A DNA stretch of 64,000 bases, from positions 187,178,001 through 187,242,000 of the forward strand of contig OX597815.1 of NCBI GenBank assembly GCA_951406725.2. Direction: 5' to 3'. Numbering within the stretch: the first letter of the stretch is position 1; each line of letters opens with the position of its first letter. Positions 1-11,436 of this stretch are shown in pieces. Below the pieces are notes generated by a model, which saw only the letters and a list, made by a program, of their open reading frames with translations, made no database searches and had not been told where the DNA came from. The stretch comes from Octopus vulgaris. Taxonomy: Eukaryota. A program made the position numbers and the translations under genes.

Positions 1-214
1 GTCTGGAGAGAGTCATTTTCTTTTTGTGCCTTATAATTTAACACATTCACTGGTACAAATTTCCACTTATTTCTTATTTTTATTTTCCTGAAATTTTCAT
101 TGCGTTTTGCAACCTTTTCAAAAGTCTTGACTGTCCGTTATTTACACTGCATTCCTTTTTGTTTGTTTGTGCACGTGTGTGTGTGCCTATGCATACAAGC
201 AAGCATGTACGTAG

Positions 215-271
<57 letters not shown>

Positions 272-1925
272 AACTCAAAGAATCTTGCAAACCAAATCCC
301 AAAATGAAATACTCTATTATTGTTATAAGTAAATTTATGCTTTGATATTCATTTTTTTGGTTTTATTTAATTAATAATGAGCAGGCCTTGGATGATAGAT
401 TGACCAAAGGCTTGAGTGGATTTGGTAGACAGAAACTGAAAGGTATATACACACACACGTGTCTGTGTTTTGATGTTGCATGACAGCTGTAAAATGAGCC
501 TCATGAGCATATAAATCTTCCATAAAAACATGTCTGACCAAGGAGAAGTATTACTTTCTTGCAAACAGGTTAGGGATGGTAACAAGAAGGGCATCTAGTC
601 TGAGAAAGTCTACCTTAAATTCTCTCTGACCCATGCAAGCACAGAAAGGGGATAACAAAATGACAATGAGGATGATGAAAATAAATTTAGCAGTTCAAAA
701 GTTTTACATCCATTATGTCATCATTAACTCATTTTAAACAAGACCACATTACACTTTCAACAGTTGATACACAAACCGTCCCCTTTTCCTTGTTACCTTA
801 TTTATAGAGCACTACCATTTGATAGATTCATTAAGCAACCTACACCATTGAATTACTCATGCATTGTCTTACAGCTTTGAGGTTTCAATGATGTGATTGC
901 TTATTTTTAGAATGTCATTGTAGGTTAGGTGTGAGAGGTTAGATATGGCTAGTTCAAATATAAAACAAGTAGAATATCTGGGCCAGATGTGGCCGGTTTA
1001 AACACTAAAGGGTTAAGCAACCTACACCATTTTTTATAAAGAGAATATGTCCACAATCTGACTGTTACTGAAAATATTTGATACTAAATAATTACAGCAC
1101 CATCATTCCTTTAAGTGAGCAATTACAGCAGTATTTTCAAACAATTAGAACATCTCTTGTGCCAACTCATTCTGTACCAGCATTTTGCAGTATCTCATGT
1201 AATTACTTCTTATAGTTAAAAATGCAAAAACTGCATATTAATTGCAATTTGGGCTTCGAGTACCAGATGATAAAAATATGACCCACTAAATCCCAGCGAA
1301 GAGGAAGAAAGAACTCGTTTTACTTAGATAAGAGTTAATATCCTTTTCTACTCTAGGCACAAGGCCCGGAATTTTGGGGAGGGTGCCAGTTGATTAGATC
1401 GACCCCCAGATAAAGAGTTTATATTACAATAGGCAAAACAAATTGTCCAAAAGACAGAAAAACTCCATAGAGAATGCACACACAGAAGAGAGACTGATAT
1501 GCAAGGACACAACAGGATGAATGCCACGTTTGCATGTTTTAACATGCAAACGTGGCATTCATTGGTTGTCTTATTCCTAACAAATGACCAATGAACTTAA
1601 AATATTGTCTTCTGAAAGTTTTAGATAGTTACATTGCGTATCAGGTTATCAGTGTACAGGAATTAGCAAGGAGAATATTCGAAATAATACCCTAGTTATT
1701 AACAGCAGGATCAAACCATCAATTTATGCTTCAAGAGAAAAATATTAAGAAAAATGATAATTGTGAAAATGAATAAAAATATAGTTGAAAAAATAAAAGG
1801 AATTTTTAAAAACATTGATATAATGTCTCATGATTTTGTTTTCAATAACAACATTTTCTCTTAAAAATTGAAAGAAAATCTCCACTTAGAAATATAAAAT
1901 TACCAGTCAAAAATAAACTCATCAG

Positions 1926-2158
1926 TTAACCATTTAACATTTAAATTGGCCATATCCGGACCAAATGTTCTTTCTGTTTTATGTTGAAACTAGCTAGATC
2001 TGGTTTCTATCATCTACCCACTCATGTCATTTTAAAAATAAACAATCACATCTTTGAAATCTCAAAGCTATGAGACAATACATGATTAATTCAAAACATT
2101 GCAAACAAATAAATAAGCATCCCTTTTGGCAGAGTAATCTGAATGCTAAAGGGTTCAA
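1926..2158. mobile_element. TTAA MITE family 2 (other copies or fragments at 850-1016, 18650-18833, 28950-29170, 33548-34190, 59052-59262)
   Basis: Shared core ...CAATCACATC.TTGAAATCTCAAAGCTA...ATGATTAATTCAAAAC...CTGAATGCTAAAGGG. Confidence 0.75.
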
Positions 2159-2189
2159 CATTTTCTTCAGAGCTCTTGCAGCAGAATTT

Positions 2190-2417
2190 TGAGATCATTG
2201 CCAGTACCACCTGACTGGCCCCCGTGCCAGTGGCACGTAAAAGCACCCACTACACTCATGGAGTGGTTGGCGTTAGGAAGGGCATCCAGCTGTAGAAACT
2301 CTGCCAGATCAAGATTGGAGTCTGGTGCAGCCATCTGGTTCGCCAGCCCTCAGTCAAAATCGTCCAACCCATGCTAGCATGGAAAGCGGTCGTTAAACAA
2401 TGATGATGATGATGATG
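2190..2417 (+). mobile_element. Retroposon family B with (TGA)n tail (others at 8330-8670 minus strand with duplicated end, 33573-33990 minus strand, 57803-57975 plus strand)
   Basis: Shared GGTTGGCGTTAGGAAGGGCATCCAGCTGTAGAAAC...CCCATGCTAGCATGGAAAGCGG..GTTAAAC-(GAT)n. Confidence 0.8.
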
Positions 2418-3136
2418 AAACTGTACTACTCAGATTCTTAGACAATGATTTGCAGTGTATTTAATATAAATAAGTAAAAATATATGTAATTATACCAATT
2501 TATAAAAAAATTATTAATAAAAACAGAGAAAAAAAGAAGTTTCTTCTCCTTTCCCCTACTCCATGAATTTCACGAAGATCTTAAAAATTCACAAAACATT
2601 TTTTTTTTTTTTCATGTCTCAATAACTGGCAACATTTAAGGCACAACTTGAAGCATACTTCAGAGTCTGGATAAGCAGTCACAAGAATGTTTTCATGAAA
2701 CAGTACTAATTTACAAACCAACTTAAAAACTTTTTTCTATCAATACTTTTCCTTTTCAAGTGTTAACAGTTGTTACAAACACTTTGAACAAAAACATTAT
2801 GACATATTACTTAACATTTTAAACATCCTAAACAACTCACTCAACAAGTAGCAGTGCTATTTATTAACTGAAAAAACTGGGTGCAGCAGTAACAGCAACA
2901 ACTTATATTTTTCCAAAACTAAACATCATTCCACCAAATTTTTAATATCATTATTACTATTCATTTCAATTCACTGTGGTGGGGATATTTGGGGGGGAAG
3001 AAATCTCACAGAATTATGGCATTTCCCTCTTCAAACTTAAGTCATACTAAAAATATCCAGAATTTTAAAAATAGGACAACACCATTCATATTTCATGAAA
3101 AATGAAACTGCTATTCAATTCCTGCTGTCATTCTTG

Positions 3137-3354
3137 TTTAACCCCAACCTATCTGAAACCACCTCTGGTTCTATGTTACAAACTTTCACTTCAATTTATT
3201 AAAATTGAAACCTATCAAAATTCCATGCTAATTTATGTCCTAAACACCAGCTAAATAAAGGCAAAATTATTTTACTATATTATTCATTATTTTTCCAAAT
3301 TTTTGAATCAAAAGCAGCATATTTCAATTGAGATATGGTAACAAAAAGGATCTA
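3137..3354. mobile_element. Decayed TTAA MITE related to family 1
   Basis: TTAACCCC...GGTAACAAAAAGG with diverged internal similarity. Confidence 0.55.
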
Positions 3355-3489
3355 AAAAATGATTTACAGTAGAATTAAATTTGAAGAGATTTGTGTTAAC
3401 AAGAAGAAAAAATATTTTTTAAAAAACTGGTTTTATAATTAAGCAAAAGTAATATACTAGTATTACTTCAAGTAATTTGTATAGTATTA

Positions 3490-3671
3490 AAGATTTTGAT
3501 TATAAAATATAAAGCAACTGAAGGATTATCTTAATTTCTCAAAAAGCTATTCAACTTGGGTCAAGTGTAAGCAATAAGTTAAGATTTTGATTATAAAATA
3601 TAATGGAACTGAAGGATTATCTTAAGTTCTCAAAAAGCTATTCAACTCGGGTTAAGTGTAAGCAATAAGTT
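3490..3671. repeat. Tandem duplication, 91 bp x2
   Basis: AAGATTTTGATTATAAAATATA...GTAAGCAATAAGTT repeated with a few mismatches. Confidence 0.93.
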
Positions 3672-4225
3672 TAACGAAAACACTTGAACTGTTAGCAAAA
3701 TGATGCAGCTAAATCATGACAAGAAAAACACAAAGCGCTCCCCCCAAAAACCTCAATCAAGCCAGTAATTGATAACAACATAGAGATAATTTTTGAAAGC
3801 TAATAAAAATGAAACACACATCTAACGAACGAAATAATGTTAAGTTTGCAACCAGTGATCATTTTGATACATTAAAATACGAAAATTAAATTTTATATTC
3901 GGTCCTCAAGAATGGAAATATACAAGACAATGTCATTATAGAGTATCAAATAAAACACCTGGCAGAATTTGTTTCAATTCTCTAAGACCTGAGTTCATAC
4001 CTTGCCAAAGCCGAGCTTTACCTTTCAAACTGCCATGGGTTCATAAATGATAAATGAAGGATCAGTGAAGAATTGTAGTGGATTTGTAAAATTGTGAGAG
4101 CACCAAATGAGATGTCTTGCCTTCTGATGTTATTAACATCTGCTACAAGACTGGTACTATAGTGTATTAACCTTGCCATTAGGACTTCTTTGGACAGAGA
4201 CAAACCAAAACAAAATTTATTGATT

Positions 4226-4500
4226 ATCTCTCTCTCTCTCTCTCTCATACATACACTGTTTTCCATACACACACGCAGTTTTCCAAACATACACACACAC
4301 ACAGTTTTCCAAACACACACACACACACACAGTTTTCCAAACATACACACACACACAGTTTTCCAAACATACACACACACAGTTTTCCATACATACATAC
4401 ATACACACACACACACATTTTCCATACATACATACAGTTTTCCATACATACATACATACATACACACACTATCTTTTCCATACATACACTATCTTTTACA
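4226..4500. repeat. Compound micro/minisatellite (CT)n plus ACAGTTTTCC(A)AACATACACAC units
   Basis: Direct reading. Confidence 0.9.
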
Positions 4501-4859
4501 TGTTTCAGTCATTAGGCTGTGGCCATGCTGGAACATCACCTTCAAAAATTTAGTCAAACAAACTGATCCCAGTACCATTTCCCCCTGCCCCGTTTTAAAG
4601 CTCGCTACTTATTCCATGAGTCTCTTTTACATATCATTTAATGTCCACTTTCACATGTTTTCATGGGTCAAATGGTGCAGATGTTCTATGGCTAGACGAC
4701 CCTACCTGTTGCTAACCCTCACCTGTTTCCTTAATAAATTGTTTGATACAGGCACAAGACCAGCAATTTTGAAGAGGAATTTGTCAATACAAACACATGC
4801 ACACACACACACTATTTGGTAAACTGGAATCCGAATCAAATGAGCACAGTACTTGAAGC

Positions 4860-5145
4860 ATGGAATGTAATGAAACTCACCCAGTTATCAGAGTGTATGA
4901 AGCTACTGATAATCTATAAACGTACATGTTCCAGCCAGTATACAAACAGCAGAAAGGGTACAGTTCTCTATTTGAGAGACGAGGAATTATGTACATTATT
5001 TACATTTGACAGATGTTTGTTGTTAACACAATGTTTCAGCTGATGTACTCTCCAGCCTTCATCAGGTGTTCTGGGGGGGAATTATGAACTTGGGTTCTCA
5101 TTCCTAAGGTATTTTTCCGATTTTATCATTATTATTATTATTATT
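4860..5145 (-). mobile_element. Penelope-like-derived repeat carrying a hammerhead-core-like motif
   Basis: Minus strand CTGATGA-AGGCTG-gagagtacat-CAGCT-GAAAC at 5065-5033; the family assignment is inference from this motif. Confidence 0.45.
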
Positions 5146-5453
5146 ATGGAATCTAACTCAGAATCTTAGGTGCAGGAGTGGCTGTGTGGGAAGAGGTTTA
5201 CTTCCCATCCACATGGTTCTGGGTTCAGTTCCACAGTGTGGCACCTTGGGTAAGTGTCTTCTGCTATAATCTCAGGCCGACTAAAGGTTTAGTGCATGGA
5301 TTTGGTAGGTGGAAAGAATCTTAGGGTTAGTAGCCTGCACTCTTAACCACTACACCATATGCCCGTAACCACTGTACCAAATGCAGAAAGGGTCCACAAC
5401 AAAAACCTAAATTGTACAAAGAAAAAATAAAAATATGCCCAAGTGTGATGTCT

Positions 5454-5866
5454 TTAACCCTTTAGTTACCATATCTGTGATGAAATGCACTGCATTTACT
5501 TTAACTAATTTTGAAAAATAATTTAGGAAATATTGAATTTCTAAATCTCTCGTAGGGACGTGTACGGTGGTGGGGCGATAGAATGGTTGTATACTGTCAA
5601 CCTAACAAGAACGTGACAGTAGGGGGTACACCACCGCTGTATAGCCCTAGGAAGCATCGAACGCCTCCTGATGGCTTTGACACATTTTTCCCTGTGTCCT
5701 TATATACATATAATTGTCTTTATTAAACTAGTGTTTGGAACACAAACGTTGGAATTTTAAAGAAGGTTTTAATTCAAATCACTTTGAAACAGGATGTTTG
5801 AATCATAGAATTAAGGTCAGCTGTCTCAGGCAGACAGGTTGGTTGGTTGATATCAAAAGAGTCAAA
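5454..5866. mobile_element. Diverged TTAA MITE interrupted by a GC-rich insert at ~5525-5705
   Basis: TTAACCCTTTAGTTACC left end; GATATCAAAAGAGTCAA right end. Confidence 0.6.
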
Positions 5867-6164
5867 GAGATGACTTTCATTACAACATTCTCTCTGAGCT
5901 ATCATGTTTTTCCACAACAAAAACAACTCTTTCTACTATAGGCACAAGGCCTGAAACTTGGGGGTAGGGGACTAATCGATTATATTGATCTCCCAGCTTT
6001 TCACTGGTACTTAATTTATTGACCCTGAAAGGATGAAAGGTAAAGTCGACTTCGGTGGAATTTGAACTCAGAACAGAGCGAACAGCAAAATATTGCTAAG
6101 CATTTTGTCCAACGTGCTAACAATTCTGCCAGCTCGCTGCCTTCAATAATAATAATAATAATAA

Positions 6165-6745
6165 ATGCCCTGATCCAGTACCAGGCAGTGGTTCTTGTGG
6201 TCTCTGAGCTTAACTGATTGGAAGTGTTATTATGTACATGTTTTATCTTGGTATAAAAGATGGGCTACAGCAAATATTCTGCTCAATACCACAGATTTGC
6301 TTGTCAATTGTTTGACCTTAACCAGTTGAGCATGTCCCTTAGTGGCTGACGATATGTCCATTTCAGATCACGAGCAGTGGGGGAGCATGCCATGCGCTGC
6401 AAGGAACTCTTTGAAGTTTGAATAATTCACCTCTGGAAACATGGGTGTTTTGTATATCCTTAAACAATCCTTATTCAGGGACCTTTTTCAGTGGGATGGG
6501 CTACAGGGCCTGAAGAAAATTCTAACTGGGCCCCACCTGCAACTGAAGAAAATTCTAACTGGGCCCCACCTGCAAGGTTATGTGCAGTTTATCTTAATAC
6601 GAGATCACCATGTCGCACACATATGATTGTGATGCATGTGTCTGGTGTACCCTTATCAGACAGGTAGTCATGATGTGTAGATTGGGCTTCAAATATTTGT
6701 ACCCCCACCTGTCACTTTGATGGCATGCGCTGCTTGCTCACTCAA
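6165..6745 (-). mobile_element. ~580 bp interspersed element sitting in a (TAA)n tract
   Basis: Higher GC than the flanks, bounded by (AAT)n on both sides, internal 33-bp tandem duplication at 6510-6575, no intact ORF. Confidence 0.55.
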
Positions 6746-7759
6746 TAATAGTAACCCCTTCCATTCAAGGCACAATGCCTGGAATTTGGGGGAGGGGATA
6801 GTCGATTACATTGACCCCCCAGTGTTCAACTGGTACTTATTTTATCGACTCCGTAAAGATGATTAGTAAACTTGACCGTGGCGCAATTTGAACTCAGAAT
6901 GTAGCGACAGGTTTATTATTTTTTTTTTTTTTTGTCTTGCAAACAACTTGCACATGCAAGTGCTACCAGTTAAAAGCTCCGTATACCGGAAGCTAGCAAG
7001 TGTATGGGGTCATCAGGTGAAAATGCGTGCCGTTTCGGGGCCTACCTCTCGACAGCATCAATGCGCACCGCCCCCCCTCCCTCTCACTGATATGAGGCCC
7101 CGCTTGCTAGATCAGCTGGTTATGAAGAACTCAATAATATACTTCTAGCCATCACTCATCGTCTCTTTTTAACCAAATCCAGTGGCTAGCCTTCTCCACT
7201 GTAGATTGGATATCAGTCATGGTGGTATTGACTTTACTGTTAAGCATTTCATCCTGCCTGCTAACTGCAGCTCACTCAATAATAATAATAAAAACATTAC
7301 TAATACAAAGTCTGTGTGTATTTATGTTGATACAAAAATTGTTACTTTTACATACACGATATCAACTGCTCAATCCCAAAACTTAGTTTCAAGTAGTAAT
7401 TGGGACTTGACAATGTTTAGGTTAAATAAAACTAACCTCTCAACGCTAAATTTGAATGAGATGTGGAAGAATATAAAATAAAATAATAAAAAAATATGTA
7501 TCTGAAGAACACTGGACACACACTCAGAAATGTTTGACAAAAACAAAAAAATATTTCTACCTCTATGCATGTATATTCAAGAACATATACACACATGTAT
7601 ATTATTTGTATTAATATATATATATATATATATCAGACAACCCATGCCAGCATGGAAAGCAGATGTTAAGTGATGATGATGATATATTTATACATGCACA
7701 CATCTGCTCCAATATTGTCTCATCTGACCTATGAAGCATGACAAAGTGGATGTTCAAAC

Positions 7760-7840
7760 AATGATACACACACACACACATATACACAAGCACACACACA
7801 TATACACAAGCACATACACATGTATACATATACATACATA

Positions 7841-7876
<36 letters not shown>

Positions 7877-7990
7877 TCATGCATATACATACATATACAC
7901 ACACATACACACACACACATATACACACATACATACACACATATACACATGCATACACACACATGCATACAAATATACACACACACACCT
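7760..7990. repeat. (CA/TA)n compound microsatellite
   Basis: Direct reading. Confidence 0.9.
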
Positions 7991-8755
7991 AAAAATCTCA
8001 ACTGCTTAACAGAGTATTTAAGTCAAGTATTAGAAAACACTTTAAGAAAATCCAATTCCATCAAATGAAGACCTGCTGAATTCCTCCTATCAATATGGCA
8101 ACTGTTTACTACATTTATTGCATCAAATTCTAGAAGTAAAAAAACAAAAAAACAAAATGTATATCCTGAAATGTAAGGAATGAAGCCATTCTTCATTTTA
8201 GAAAAGTAATAGAATTGCCAGAGTACAGAGTACCAAATAAAGTACCAAGCAATATTTCCATATGGTCTTATTATATTCAAAGTTTAAAACCTAAAAGGGT
8301 TGGTTTTACAATTCCTCTTTTTTTCATCAACATCATTTGATGTCTGCCTTCCATGCTGGCATGGGTCGGATGGATTGACAGGTGCCAGCCTGGTAGGAGC
8401 CTGCACCAGACTTGTGTCTGTTTTGGCAGGGTTTTTACAGCTGGATGCCCTTCCAAATGCCAACCACTACATTATCATCATCATCAACATCATTTAATGT
8501 CTGCCTTCCATGCTGGCATGGGTTGGATGGATTGACAGGAGCCGGCCTGGTAGGAGTCTGCACCAGACTTCTGTGTCTGTTTTGGCAGGATTTTTACAGC
8601 TGGATGCCCTTCCAGATGCCAACCACCCAGCAGAGTGGACCGAGTGCTTTTTATGTGGCACAAGCACGGGCATACATTCGTTAGGACTGATTCGATCTAC
8701 AAACATTACCTAATTCTTAAAGAAATTTGTAGTAAAAGTCAAAATTTCATTTAAC

Positions 8756-9502
8756 AGGTGTAGGAGTGGCTGTGTGGGGTAAGAAGTCTACTTCCCAACC
8801 ACATGGTTCTGAGTTCAGTACCACAGTGTGGCACCTTGGGTAAGTGTCTTCTGCTATAGTCTCAGGCCGACCCAAGGTTTAGTGCATGGATTTGGTAGGT
8901 GGAAACTTGAAGAAACCCATATTTATATATAGGCCCAATGCTCATGTTCCTTTCAAGTACTGGGCCTCACAAAGGCAAAGTGGCTGAGTTCCTTCCAAGT
9001 GTTGAGCTTCCCAAAAGCAATGATCGACACCTTTGGCTTTATGCCATAATTGAGAAGACCCATCAAACCGAGCAATATCAGTTGTGGCAGATACTGATGT
9101 CGTGCTAGTGGCACGTAAAAGGACCCATTACACTCTCAGAGTGGTTGGCATTAGGAAGGGTATCCAGCCATAGAAAACCATGCCAAATCAGACTGGAGTC
9201 TGGTGCAGCCTTCCAGCTTACCAGCCCTGGTCAAACCGTCCAACCCATGCCAGCATGGACCAACGGACATTAAATGATGATGATTATATGTCTATGTGTC
9301 TTTATGTTGGTCTCCCATCACTGCTTGACAACCAGTGTTGGTGTGTTTACATCCCTTAACTTAGTGGTTCAGCAAAAGATATGAAAGACTAAGAACCAGT
9401 CTTAAGAAAAAGATAAGTATTGGGGTCGATTCATTTGACTAAAAATTCTTCAAGGTGGTGCCCCAGCATGGCCACAGTCTATTAACTGAAACAAGCAAAA
9501 GA
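8756..9502 (+). mobile_element. SINE family A with a family-B element inserted in its central microsatellite (~8930-9283)
   Basis: Head 8756-8930 and tail 9284-9502 flank a (TGA)n-tailed element. Confidence 0.75.
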
Positions 9503-11094
9503 TACATGCACAAGAACCAATCCACTCTACAAACACACATTGCCCAAAACTTTAAATTCTTATTAAAAGAAATTTGTAGAATTAATAGAAATAATAATAA
9601 ATTATTATTTTATTATTATTTCGAAGCACCTCCTCCAATTGGGAGTTTTTACTTGTCATATTTTCGTTGTTATCTTACATTTTTACACGGACTTTTCAAA
9701 GGGACAAAACCCTTTTTGTAACTTTTGTCCTGTATTTTGGTCCTTACAGGTTTTATTTGATTTTTGTTAGCCCTTGTGGCCAATAAACAAATTAATTATT
9801 ATTATTATTATTATTATGATTGATGAAAAAAAATTGTTCCAAGATTTGTTTGGAAAAAACATTGAAAGTGTGTGTGTGTGTGTGGAGGGAACCTGTTGGT
9901 TGGGGAGAAAGAAGAGACATAAATAGGGTCAGAAATAAATCCTGTATTCTAACAATGTACTTAGAATATATATTAACATACTGAATAATCAGAGATTTGT
10001 AAAGGGATATATGCATTTTAATAATCTCAACTACAAAGCTACGTTTTACAAGGACAAACAGGTTACTACTTCACTGCATGGGAGGGAAGAAGAATTAGAG
10101 AAATACCATAAAAGAAAAAAAAATTAAGTAAGAAGAGAGAAATATAAGAGAAAACAAAAGAAAAGAAAAATATTGAAACAAAAGTGAGCAAGAAAGGAAG
10201 GGGAAAAAAAAGAACTAAGAGGCTTAGACAATCAAAGAGACAGACAGACAGTGATAGAGTTAGAGTAAGAGGGAGAGAAAGAGAGAGATTGGAATACAGA
10301 TGAACACTCACAAAAGAGTACAGGAAGAGAGGGATAATGTTAAGAAAAGGGGGGGAAGGGAAGAGATAAAAGAGAGAGAGAGAGAAATGGTGAGAGGAAG
10401 AGAAAGACAGTTAGGAAATGTGGGAACAGTTTCATAGCAAAAATAAGCAAATATGATTTGTTTTGTTTTTCAACCAAATAGGTATTTCTATAAAACGGGC
10501 ATCTAATTGGTTAATTTAAAGAAACCAGGCAAAAAGTTGTTGATTTTTATCTCTTCTTTTTGTTTGTTTGTCAATGTAAATAATCAAACAAAATATCACA
10601 TATTCTTCTTCTTCAATGGTGTTAAGAATAAGCAGAATGTTTAAAACTGTAAAACATAATAACACAGCCAGGCCTGTTTTCTTTATTCATTACATCAGCC
10701 TGGTGTAGTGGAGACAGGTCACAGTGGTCTTTCAATATTAAATGAAACTGGGGAGTGAGGTGGGGGAGCAGGGGGGAAACATCTGCAAGCCTCTTAAAAC
10801 CAGATAGATTACATAGGCATTTTATGCTTACACAAGAAGAAAAAAAAAATTACATACAAATATTATAAATCACTTAAACACACACACACGTGTATGTATA
10901 TGCATGTGTCACACACAATTATAGCAATAATCAACTTTGTTGTTGAATTAATTCACACCTGGATTTCCATACATATTAAAATATAGATCTGGGTTTGTAT
11001 TTTGAATATATTTTTTCAAATAAAACTAATTAACACCAATGTGTATACATAGGCACAGCTCTTCCACAATTACTGTCAACATTACACACACACA

Positions 11095-11129
<35 letters not shown>

Positions 11130-11318
11130 TATATATATACAGATATATATATAGGATAAATATAGGATAAATGTTTTTGAAAAAATCCTATCAATGGCCA
11201 GCATATTAAAAAAAAACCTTTAAAGGTTAAATTTATAAACAACTTATAAACAAGGGATCTATTTTCAGCATATTTGGCATAAGAAATTTTTTTCTTTTGC
11301 CCTTGTTTATAAGTTGTT

Positions 11319-11349
<31 letters not shown>

Positions 11350-11356
11350 CTATGTG

Positions 11357-11397
<41 letters not shown>

Positions 11398-11400
11398 ATC

Positions 11401-11436
<36 letters not shown>

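Noticed and set aside
8023-8280. 85-aa minus-strand ORF with an internal acceptor-like site
   Set aside because: No recognisable homology and not similar to ARID5B downstream sequence
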